DNA of 64,000 bases from Deltaproteobacteria bacterium (lineage in GTDB: Bacteria > Myxococcota_A > Polyangia > Fen-1088). Location: NCBI GenBank assembly GCA_033763315.1, contig JANRKS010000040.1:64001-128000 (forward strand). The letters run 5' to 3'. A program made the translations under genes and the position numbers. How positions within the stretch are numbered: position 1 is the first letter of the stretch; each line of letters starts with the position of its first letter. This document shows, one piece after another, positions 56,238 through 64,000 of the stretch. The notes beneath the pieces were generated by a model. It had not been told where the DNA came from. It worked only from the letters and a program-made list of their open reading frames with translations, and did no database searches.

Positions 56238-57656
56238 CTATCGGCAGGTTTGCGTGACGTTAGCCGCATCGGATCCAACGCAGCCCACGTTGGCCAACCA
56301 CGAACAGGTTCTGTACGTGCCCTTTTGCCCGCATTGCGGCACCTTGGTGATCCATCCCGAGCGGAATGAGCACAACAACCTCGACGCGGCACCAACGCAG
56401 GTGGCAGACGCCAACGATGAATCGAACGGCTCCTCCACTTTGTTGCAGTTGTAATCGAACGAGCCCGAGCCCACCAAACAGAGGTTCAAATTATTGGGGC
56501 AGTAGGCAGTCGGGAAAAACGCGGTTTGAGCGGGGTTGGCGGAAGCCGCGCGCGGACCACAATCGATCGTATCCACAGCCACGGGCTTGGTGCGCGTGTA
56601 ACCCGCGGGGCAAACACCGCTCGCCGTGATGGCACCTGTCACCGATGAGGCGTAGCCGTCCTTGTCGGTGTCAACGTAGCATTCGCAAGACGGCGCCACA
56701 GTGTCCGACGTAGCGGTCGAACAATCGTTGTCCTTGCCGTCTTTGCACTCAAACGCGCCCGGGAAGACAGCCGGATCCGCGTCGTTGCAGTCAACGTTGC
56801 ACGCCTTTCCGTCTTTATCGCCGTCGCCATAACTGCAGGCGCCCGTGGCGGGATCGCACATGCCCGACATTGTGCAAGTCGCCGCCGTACACACCACCGC
56901 CGTACCGGCAGCACACTTGTGCGTGTTGGTGTCGCAAGTCTCGTCGCCGTTGCACTTGTTGCCGTCGTTGCAGTCGGCGCTGGCAGCACAAGTGAATTTA
57001 CATTCACGGGTGCAACCGTCGTCATCATTGGCGTTGCCGTCGTCGCACTGTTCACCGGCATCCACCGCACTGTTGCCACAGCTGGCGGTCACGCATGCGT
57101 TGTTGCTGCACTTGCCTGCGGCACCACCTGGCAACATGCACGCTGAGCCCGCGGTCGCTGGGGTGCCGGCTTTACAAACGGGTTTCAGAGGCATCGTCTT
57201 GTCGCAAGTCTCAACGCCTGTGCAAGCATTGCCATCGCTGCAATCAGAATCTGCCTTGCAATCAAACCGACAGGATGAGCAGCCATCGCCAGTAACTTCG
57301 TTGCCGTCTTCGCAGTCTTCGCCTTGAGCCACGTCAACGTAGCCATCGCCGCAGCTGGAAGCGACACAGATCTTCTGCAAACACACACTGCCAGCGGCAC
57401 ACACGGTGCCATCGGCCTTGTCCGTGCATTCGACTTCAAGGATGGCGTCTTGCTGTGTGTCCCCTGAAGCTAGAGCGTCACTGCCGCTGTCCAACAAGGT
57501 GACCGTGCCATCAGTGGTGGACCCGTCAGGAGAAACAGCGCCATCAACATTGTTATCGTCGTCCGAGCCACAGGCGCCTATGACGAAAAGGCTGAGGACT
57601 GCAAGACCGCTTAAACCTAAAGGCAACCAAGTTTGTCGACTGCTTGACGTACGCAT
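56238..57656 (-). CDS. Cys-rich surface lipoprotein (Myxococcus Cys-rich/DUF4215 repeats plus MopE-like metal-binding motif)
   Basis: GGAGG RBS, lipobox IGAC; CGDG....GEDCEDGN...GDGCSSC, CGN..VD.GEQCDDGN, DCND.DP.VFPGA.E.CDGKDNDC. Confidence 0.88.
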   Translation of the reverse strand: MRTSSSRQTWLPLGLSGLAVLSLFVIGACGSDDDNNVDGAVSPDGSTTDGTVTLLDSGSDALASGDTQQDAILEVECTDKADGTVCAAGSVCLQKICVASSCGDGYVDVAQGEDCEDGNEVTGDGCSSCRFDCKADSDCSDGNACTGVETCDKTMPLKPVCKAGTPATAGSACMLPGGAAGKCSNNACVTASCGNSAVDAGEQCDDGNANDDDGCTRECKFTCAASADCNDGNKCNGDETCDTNTHKCAAGTAVVCTAATCTMSGMCDPATGACSYGDGDKDGKACNVDCNDADPAVFPGAFECKDGKDNDCSTATSDTVAPSCECYVDTDKDGYASSVTGAITASGVCPAGYTRTKPVAVDTIDCGPRAASANPAQTAFFPTAYCPNNLNLCLVGSGSFDYNCNKVEEPFDSSLASATCVGAASRLLCSFRSGWITKVPQCGQKGTYRTCSWLANVGCVGSDAANVTQTCR

Positions 57657-57837
57657 CGTTCCTCCACAACAGAAGTTAGGGCCTGACCGGCGCCGAAATT
57701 TGGCGCGCCTCATCGTACGCTCAGAATGGCCATCAATAAAGCGGATGGATGCGAAAGAGCGGCACACGTACACGCACATCGCCCACAAGGCAAGGCTTCA
57801 GTCGCCCGAGACTGCCCACGGCCGGGTGAAACGTTCT

Positions 57838-58062
57838 TTAGTGTTTCGCCGAAGGAGGCGCCCCTTGGGGGCGCGTCCTCGGCTCCAGCGCGTTGTGATG
57901 AATGCTGCCGTAGGGGTATGTGGTTTTGAGCGCCTGCATCCTGCGGTTGAAGCCCGTGATCATGCGGCGAGGCGTGGGCGGCTCGCCCGTCGCGATAGAA
58001 AACACCAACATCCCCAGCAGCACCAAAGCAACCACTCCACCCAACAATAAGATAACCAACAT
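57838..58062 (-). CDS. Small membrane protein, hypothetical
   Basis: AAGGA RBS, single hydrophobic helix at the N-terminus, 74 aa. Confidence 0.55.
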   Translation of the reverse strand: MLVILLLGGVVALVLLGMLVFSIATGEPPTPRRMITGFNRRMQALKTTYPYGSIHHNALEPRTRPQGAPPSAKH

Positions 58063-58213
58063 AACGCCATCCTTTTCCCCGCGGATACCCAGCCCCACCG
58101 TAACCACGCGCGGACGCTGGTTACGGCACTCCACCGCCAACGGTAACAATGAGAGCCGCCAAAGCTAAGCCGGAGCTAAGCTTCGCACTCTCAACCGCTC
58201 ACTGGAGCAAACC

Positions 58214-59908
58214 CTAGACCACCGTCACAGGCGCGAGCGCTTGCAGCCGCTCCCAAGCGCGCGCCAACACCGACTGCAGATCATCAAGTGAGAACGGCTT
58301 GCTGAGAAAATCGTTCATGCCTGCGTCAATGCAGGCTTGCCGATCTTCGCTGCGCGCGTTCGCAGTCAAGGCCACAACTTGCGTGGGCCGCGATTGACCT
58401 TCACGTTGGCGCAAAAGCCTGGTGGCCTGCATGCCATCAAGAACCGGCATCTGCACATCCATGAACACAACGTCGTAGGATTGCGCCTCCAAAGCACGCA
58501 AGGCTGCGGCGCCATCGTCGACGGCACGCGACGAATGCCCAAGCTTTTCCAAAAACAGCATCGCCAGGCGTTGGTTCACCGCATTGTCTTCCGCCACCAG
58601 GACGCGCAGCGGTGGTAAGACCAGCGCGCCCACCCCTGGGTTGGTTGCGGTGGCCATCAGCTTTGGCACGGTGGCGGCCGCAAAGCTGAACCGGAACGTG
58701 GCACCTTGGCCAAGCGCGCTTTGCACGCTGATGTCGCCGCCCATGCGCCTCGCCAGCTGCTGGGCGATCGCCAGCCCCAAACCCGAGCCACCGAAGCGAC
58801 GCGTGGTTGAGCTATCGGCTTGAACGAATGGCTCGAAGATCACGGCCTGTTTCTCGATCGCAATGCCGACGCCCGTATCCCTCACAGTGATCACAAGTCC
58901 AGCGGCCTCTGTGAACGCGCGCACGCTCACGCTTCCAACCACCGTGAATTTCAGGGCATTGCCGATGAGATTCGAAATCACCTGGCGCACGCGCAACGGG
59001 TCGCCCAAAACGGTCGAAGGCACGTCAGCGCTGACATCAAGGCTCAAATTGATTCCGCGACGAATGGCATCGGGTTTGAACAGCGACAGCACATTTCCCA
59101 GTTCTTCAGTCGGTGAAAACGCCACACTTTCAAGTTCGAGCTGCCCTGATTCGATGCGGGACGCGTCCAGAAGATCGTTGAGGATGCGAAGTAGGTAGGA
59201 GCCAGACTGCTTGATGGTTTGTAGGTACTCCCGAACTGTCGCCGAGGTGGGCTCCATCAAGGCCAACTCAGTCATGCCCAGCACACCGTTCATGGGCGTT
59301 CGAATTTCATGGCTGATGTTGGCGAGAAATTGCGCTTTCGCCGACAAAGCCGCCACCGCGGCTTCACGGCTACGCTCCAAGGCACACATAGCGTCCGCGC
59401 GAACGATCGCCGATGCCACGTGCGCACCCAGCAGCTCAAGCAAGGCGATGTCTTCCTCAGAGAACGGAAGAGGCTGCAACCGCGAGGCGCCCAGGGCCCC
59501 CACGATCGTATCACCTGCGCGCAAAGGAACAGACACGGTGGCATGCAGGCCCATGTGCCGCAGAGGCTGAAGAATTGGCTCCGTGCAATCGGGATCCTGC
59601 AGATTGTTGACGAGCAAAATTTCTCCCCGCACGATCACGCGCTCGATGATTGGGTTTGAAGCGGGCGACGCGCGTTTCACAAAAACGTCGCGCGCGTCAC
59701 CCCTGACCACCCGCAGCACCAAGTCCTCGCCTTCCAAAGTGCCCACGGTCGCGCGATCTGCCAACAGGAGGGCTAAAATCGCCTCGGCCACGTGGGGCAG
59801 CATCTCGTCGATCGAGCTCGCACGACTGATCCGAACCCCAAAATCATTCAAGAGTCGCAGGGACTCATTCGTGGTGCGCAATTCGCCTTGTGGCGGGGCC
59901 GGGGGCAT
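58214..59908 (-). CDS. GAF hybrid sensor histidine kinase/response regulator
   Basis: GAF (VPL..GD.IVGAL...F...DI.LL), FLANISHEIRTPMNG, NALKFT, FGGSGLGL, AEDN.VNQ, MDVQMP. Confidence 0.93.
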   Translation of the reverse strand: MPPAPPQGELRTTNESLRLLNDFGVRISRASSIDEMLPHVAEAILALLLADRATVGTLEGEDLVLRVVRGDARDVFVKRASPASNPIIERVIVRGEILLVNNLQDPDCTEPILQPLRHMGLHATVSVPLRAGDTIVGALGASRLQPLPFSEEDIALLELLGAHVASAIVRADAMCALERSREAAVAALSAKAQFLANISHEIRTPMNGVLGMTELALMEPTSATVREYLQTIKQSGSYLLRILNDLLDASRIESGQLELESVAFSPTEELGNVLSLFKPDAIRRGINLSLDVSADVPSTVLGDPLRVRQVISNLIGNALKFTVVGSVSVRAFTEAAGLVITVRDTGVGIAIEKQAVIFEPFVQADSSTTRRFGGSGLGLAIAQQLARRMGGDISVQSALGQGATFRFSFAAATVPKLMATATNPGVGALVLPPLRVLVAEDNAVNQRLAMLFLEKLGHSSRAVDDGAAALRALEAQSYDVVFMDVQMPVLDGMQATRLLRQREGQSRPTQVVALTANARSEDRQACIDAGMNDFLSKPFSLDDLQSVLARAWERLQALAPVTVV

Positions 59909-59983
59909 GCCCGACGACGATAACCCAGAATCTGCGTACTTAAAACATGTGGCGCGCCCATCGCGTCCGCTTATGCTGCGGCC

Positions 59984-61405
59984 ATGTTCACGCGCAAGCG
60001 TATGTATTCGCCCGTCGTGGGCCGTCCCATTGGCCTGACTTCACATGCCCCGCGGTGTTTGCAAGGAGCGTTTTGGCTAGGCATGGTCGTCTTCGTTTTT
60101 ACGCAGGTCCCTGCCGCTCGGGCGCAGACGGTCTGCCCTCCTGCAAGCAGCGACGCTTTTGCGTTTGCTTCCACGCAAAAACAAACGACCAGTTTGCAAT
60201 TGGAGCCACAGGGTCAAAACAGTCATCGCCTGCGCTGGCCGCAGGTGCCTGCCCTCACAGACAGTGGTCTGTTGTTCTTGAACCTTCGAAGCGAAGGCAC
60301 ATCAGCCCCGATGGTGCGGCTGACCCACGCGCAAACCACGTCCGTGCAGACCCTGAATCCCGGCGCGGCAGGCACGAGGGCCATCAACGTGTCCGCCTTT
60401 GCAGGTCTACAAGCGAACGATGAGATCGCCATCACGCTGACGAACGCCACGCTCACGTCTTCATCGGCAACTCTCATTGTGTTTGCCAACAGGCTGCCAC
60501 TGACGCGGCCCCTTCTGGTGGTGGCGCCTCACCCTGATGATGCCGAAATCGCGGCGTTTGGGCTTTATGCCGATCGCAAGACCACCGTTGTGACCGTCAC
60601 AGCGGGCAACGCCGGTGAATTTAACTACTGCCAAACCGAACCTGATCCCGCCGCGCATTACCGCTTGAAAGGCGAACTGCGAGCCATCGACAGCGTCACC
60701 GTGCCTTGGCAAGGCGGCGTCTCCGTGTTTCGTGCGTTCAACCTCGGCTATTTCGACGGCCGGCTCAAAGCAATGTTCGACGCACCGAAAGAGCCCGCCA
60801 AAGAGCTCTTCGTTGACAACGACGATGTGTGGCCGTATCGACGCATGAACCAAGCGGCCTTATTGCCGATCGCGAGGCGTAAAGCCACATGGAGCAACCT
60901 GGTCGCTGATTTGCGTGCCGTGTTGCGCAAGGTGCGGCCCGCGATTGTGGTGGCGCCCGATCCGCGCCTCGATCATCACAAGGATCACCAGATGACGACG
61001 GTGGCGCTGTGGCAAGCGCTACAGGCGACGAATTCGCGCCCCGTGATCCTGCTTTACAGCAACCACGCCGAGGCGGATCGTTTTCCGTGGGGTGGAAGCG
61101 GTGAAGATATGCCGCCCGTGCCTTGGTGTGGTCCACCTTTACAGGCGCTTGGGTTTTACGCGCATCCGTTGGATGCGGCCTTGCGAAAGCGCAAGCTGTT
61201 GGCGCTGGAATCGATGCACGACTTGCGGTTGCCGCCCGCGGGACAATACGATTTTCACGCCGCGGCTGATGACCGCTGCCAAACACGCCCCGGCCTTCCG
61301 TTGGCAGAAGACACGTACCTGCGTCGAGCGGTGCGAACGCACGAAGTTTTTCTCACCACTGACAAGCCAGGCTTGCAGGCTTTGGTGCAAGGGTTCCTTC
61401 AGTGA
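59984..61405 (+). CDS. PIG-L family deacetylase (DnpA-like)
   Basis: APHPDDAEIAAFGLY, VTAG, LKG.LRA.DS..VP..GGV, TW.NLVADL, D.H.DH, LE.MHDL, RRAVR..E.F. Real start may be near 60083. Confidence 0.85.
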   Translation: MFTRKRMYSPVVGRPIGLTSHAPRCLQGAFWLGMVVFVFTQVPAARAQTVCPPASSDAFAFASTQKQTTSLQLEPQGQNSHRLRWPQVPALTDSGLLFLNLRSEGTSAPMVRLTHAQTTSVQTLNPGAAGTRAINVSAFAGLQANDEIAITLTNATLTSSSATLIVFANRLPLTRPLLVVAPHPDDAEIAAFGLYADRKTTVVTVTAGNAGEFNYCQTEPDPAAHYRLKGELRAIDSVTVPWQGGVSVFRAFNLGYFDGRLKAMFDAPKEPAKELFVDNDDVWPYRRMNQAALLPIARRKATWSNLVADLRAVLRKVRPAIVVAPDPRLDHHKDHQMTTVALWQALQATNSRPVILLYSNHAEADRFPWGGSGEDMPPVPWCGPPLQALGFYAHPLDAALRKRKLLALESMHDLRLPPAGQYDFHAAADDRCQTRPGLPLAEDTYLRRAVRTHEVFLTTDKPGLQALVQGFLQ

Positions 61406-63615
61406 ACAAGCTGAAGTCGGCGTGGCCCCGGCTCGTTGCTGGCGTGGTCTTCTGCGGCTTGCTCACCGTTTTGGTGGCCATCACCAGCGTCACCGGCCGG
61501 GTGGCCGCCGCTTGGTATCGCCCCCCGGCCAACGCATCTCGAGCGCTGTGGTTTGCAGCCGCCTTGTGGCGCGACGTCGGCAGTGCCATGCCGGTCGCGG
61601 CCCTGCTCACCACCGTGTTGTTGATTCCCGTGCTGCTTGCCAACCGGCGGAACAGGATTCCCACGCGTGGCCTCGCGCTGGTGGCCATTGTTGCAGCGGC
61701 CACGATTTGGATCTCCGCGATCAGTTTCTGTGAATATTGGATCCAGCGCGGCTCCTTACCCGTGTGGCACGAGTTCATGGGGGGCATGGACGCGGCGTTC
61801 TTAAAGAGCGCGCTCGCCAATTTTCGGTACCCCCGGTATGTTTGGCCCGCGATCGTGGCGTGGCCGCTCATCGGCCTAACGATCCTGGCGGCCTTGCGTT
61901 GGGCAGCGCGCCGCGTGGCGGCGTTTCACAACGGCGGCTTCGTTGTGGGGTTCATGGCTTCGGCCGCATTGCTGTTCTTTTTCACGCACCCCGCACACAG
62001 CCCACCGCTGCCGTTGCCCAAAGCGCTGGTCGAAGCCGAAGGCGTCACGGATCCGTTCGGGCGCTTCTTCGGTAGCGCTTGGGCTGTGCTCACGGGTCAT
62101 TCCAGCGAGCCCAAGCAAATTCTGATCGAGGCGCAGATACCAGCGAACCTGCAGCCCGAAGGCGCTTCGCTGTTGGGATTGGGCTTTCATCCTTCTTCAG
62201 GCAGTTGCGCGCCACATCCGTTTTCGTCGCCGCTTGACCAAGCACCCTTGCCGGCCGTGAACGCGGCCCTGCAAGCGATCTCGCGTGAGCTGTTCACCAA
62301 CAACATCGGCAAGGATCTGTTGGTGTTTCACATTTCGCTCGAAAGCTTTCGGGGCGATGATATGGAAGCACTCAACCCTCGTGCACCGGCCGGGATCGCG
62401 CCGTTCTTCAACGGCCTTTATGCGCAAGCGGCCGCGGGCCAGGGCGGCGTGGTGGCTTCGCACAGCTTTTGGCAAGGCGGCGTGCGCACCTCGCAAGGCA
62501 TGTCGGCGTTCACGTGCGGCTTGGGGGCCTTGCCTTATGGCGTAAGCCTCGTTCGTGATCTCGGCCCTGTGCCTTTGCGTTGCCTATCAGATGTGCTTAC
62601 GGACGCGGGGTTTGGGCACACGTTCGTCTATGGTTCGCACCCTTCGTTCGATGGCATGTCGCCGTTTCTGCGTTACCACGGTTTCAGCAACTTCGTAACG
62701 CAAGACGAACTGCCAAAGCGGCTGCCGCTTGGTGAGTGGGACGCCGTATCCGATCTTGCCCTTTTCGATGAGGCCCTGCGCTTCGTGGAGCGGCAACCGC
62801 GAGCGCCTCTGTTCACACTGATGATGAGCCTCTCGAACCATTCGCCCTTCACGCCGCCGCAGGATTTGCCGCCGGTGATCAGGCCGCGGGTGAAGGCCGC
62901 GTTGGCCGCGAAGCCAAACCACGCGCGCCCCGAAGACGTTTCACGGCTTACCACGTACTCATACGCCGACTTCGCGTTGGCCGCGTTCTTCGAGAAGCTC
63001 TACGCCCATCATTTGGCCGAGCGCTCAATCGTGATCGTGCACGCCGATCACGCCACGGGTGAGCGTTACGTGTGGTCGCCCAAGCTCGGCCCCGAGTCGG
63101 AGACCGCCGAAGCCACCGCGCGCATTCCTTTTGCGATGGTGTTTCCGCCGCCGCTTGTGGCACGCGCCGCGCACCCAGTCGTGCTCACAGAACAAATTCG
63201 GCAAGCCAATGCACAAATCAATCTGGCGCCCACTTCACTCAACGATGTTCCACGTTGGGTGCTTGATTTGTTGTCGGCTCATCCAGGCCTTGCGCAGTTA
63301 GAACAGCCCTGGCGGTGGCACACGTTGGGAGGAATGACGTCGAGCACCTTGTTCGTCCCGCCGGCAGCGCACCCCGCACGGATCTATGGCATCAGCGGCA
63401 TCAATCAGTTGTTTTGGCTAAACGAGCGCGGCCAATTCATGAGTCCCGTGGAAGACGTTATGGCGGTCACCACGCAAGCCGAGGTGTTCGCTGCCACGCG
63501 GCCCCTATTTCCAGCGGCAGCGTTGTGGTCGGAGTTTCTGAAGGGCTACGCCAAGACCTGCCCTGACGAACGCCACATCCGCCGCATAGGAGCGCCCGCG
63601 AACGGCACCAAATGA
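61402..63615 (+). CDS. LTA-synthase (LtaS/OpgB)-like alkaline phosphatase superfamily membrane enzyme
   Basis: About 5 N-terminal TM helices; SLESF, GGVRTSQG (Thr nucleophile), SLSNHSPF, YAD..L..F, ADHA; GTGA overlap. Confidence 0.85.
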   Translation: MNKLKSAWPRLVAGVVFCGLLTVLVAITSVTGRVAAAWYRPPANASRALWFAAALWRDVGSAMPVAALLTTVLLIPVLLANRRNRIPTRGLALVAIVAAATIWISAISFCEYWIQRGSLPVWHEFMGGMDAAFLKSALANFRYPRYVWPAIVAWPLIGLTILAALRWAARRVAAFHNGGFVVGFMASAALLFFFTHPAHSPPLPLPKALVEAEGVTDPFGRFFGSAWAVLTGHSSEPKQILIEAQIPANLQPEGASLLGLGFHPSSGSCAPHPFSSPLDQAPLPAVNAALQAISRELFTNNIGKDLLVFHISLESFRGDDMEALNPRAPAGIAPFFNGLYAQAAAGQGGVVASHSFWQGGVRTSQGMSAFTCGLGALPYGVSLVRDLGPVPLRCLSDVLTDAGFGHTFVYGSHPSFDGMSPFLRYHGFSNFVTQDELPKRLPLGEWDAVSDLALFDEALRFVERQPRAPLFTLMMSLSNHSPFTPPQDLPPVIRPRVKAALAAKPNHARPEDVSRLTTYSYADFALAAFFEKLYAHHLAERSIVIVHADHATGERYVWSPKLGPESETAEATARIPFAMVFPPPLVARAAHPVVLTEQIRQANAQINLAPTSLNDVPRWVLDLLSAHPGLAQLEQPWRWHTLGGMTSSTLFVPPAAHPARIYGISGINQLFWLNERGQFMSPVEDVMAVTTQAEVFAATRPLFPAAALWSEFLKGYAKTCPDERHIRRIGAPANGTK

Positions 63616-63760
63616 ACCGCCGTTTGTTTCCGGAAAGCGGCCCCGCGGTGAGTTTTGCGCTGACATTCATAGCGCCCAAGGCGCTGAGAGGCGGTAAGTG
63701 GTTCTCGCTTGCCCGCCTGCTAGAGTGCGCCCGTTGGAACACCCGCCAAGATCACCACGC

Positions 63761-64000
63761 ATGACGCATCCCCGCCGCCACGTGAGCCGCCTTCTACCCC
63801 TTTACATTGCTTTGGTGTTGGCCGTGGTCAGCTCCGCGCGCGCGGCCGGTGGGCAACACCCAGACGCCGGTCCCGTGTGCGGCAATGAGTTGCGCCAACT
63901 CGAGGCCAAAGAGCAAAGCCTGCAAATCTGTTTGCGGCAACGCGCGGAGGTCGAACGCGGGGTGGCCGATTGTTCTGAGGACTTGGCCAAAGCGCAGCGC
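63761..64000 (+). CDS. Secreted coiled-coil hypothetical protein, partial
   Basis: Manual translation MTHPRRHVSRLLPLYIALVLAVVSSARA-AGGQHPDAGPVC..., open to the window end. Confidence 0.6.
   Translation, partial: MTHPRRHVSRLLPLYIALVLAVVSSARAAGGQHPDAGPVCGNELRQLEAKEQSLQICLRQRAEVERGVADCSEDLAKAQR

Noticed and set aside
1-64000. CRISPR arrays, tRNA/rRNA, IS elements, prophage or defence systems
   Set aside because: I recognised no spaced repeats, structural RNA signatures, or transposase, integrase, phage or nuclease motifs by eye. All tandem repeats seen are coding linkers.

Overview
GC-rich bacterial chromosome segment with about 52 protein-coding genes. I saw no rRNA, tRNA, CRISPR array or mobile element. 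The gene content points to Myxococcota, probably Polyangia-like; this is inferred from gene families, not a marker gene: FHA-sigma54 activator facing a Ser/Thr kinase, DUF6184, a DUF1592-DUF1552 pair, Myxococcus-type Cys-rich repeats, and many lipoproteins with Gly/Asp-rich linkers. It is an accessory region of secreted hydrolases, lipoproteins and signalling genes. The top candidate for an undescribed system is a compact three-gene operon at 52145-56085 (minus strand): a SulP/SLC26 anion transporter whose STAS domain is replaced by a Cam/CcmM-type gamma-carbonic anhydrase, followed by two translationally coupled SPFH (band-7) membrane scaffold proteins, with no carboxysome or RuBisCO genes in the window. 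Other highlights: a circularly permuted, Tat-exported D-amino-acid oxidase coupled to an NlpC/P60-like DUF1287 protein; a sigma54 promoter with two GATC-N5-GATC enhancer-like sites next to the FHA-sigma54 activator; a three-repeat Pho box before an OprO/P porin; a DnpA-like deacetylase coupled to an LtaS-like enzyme; and several decayed gene remnants. Family calls come from recognising motifs by eye, with no database search. Several starts were moved from the ORF track to downstream codons on RBS, overlap or signal-peptide evidence.
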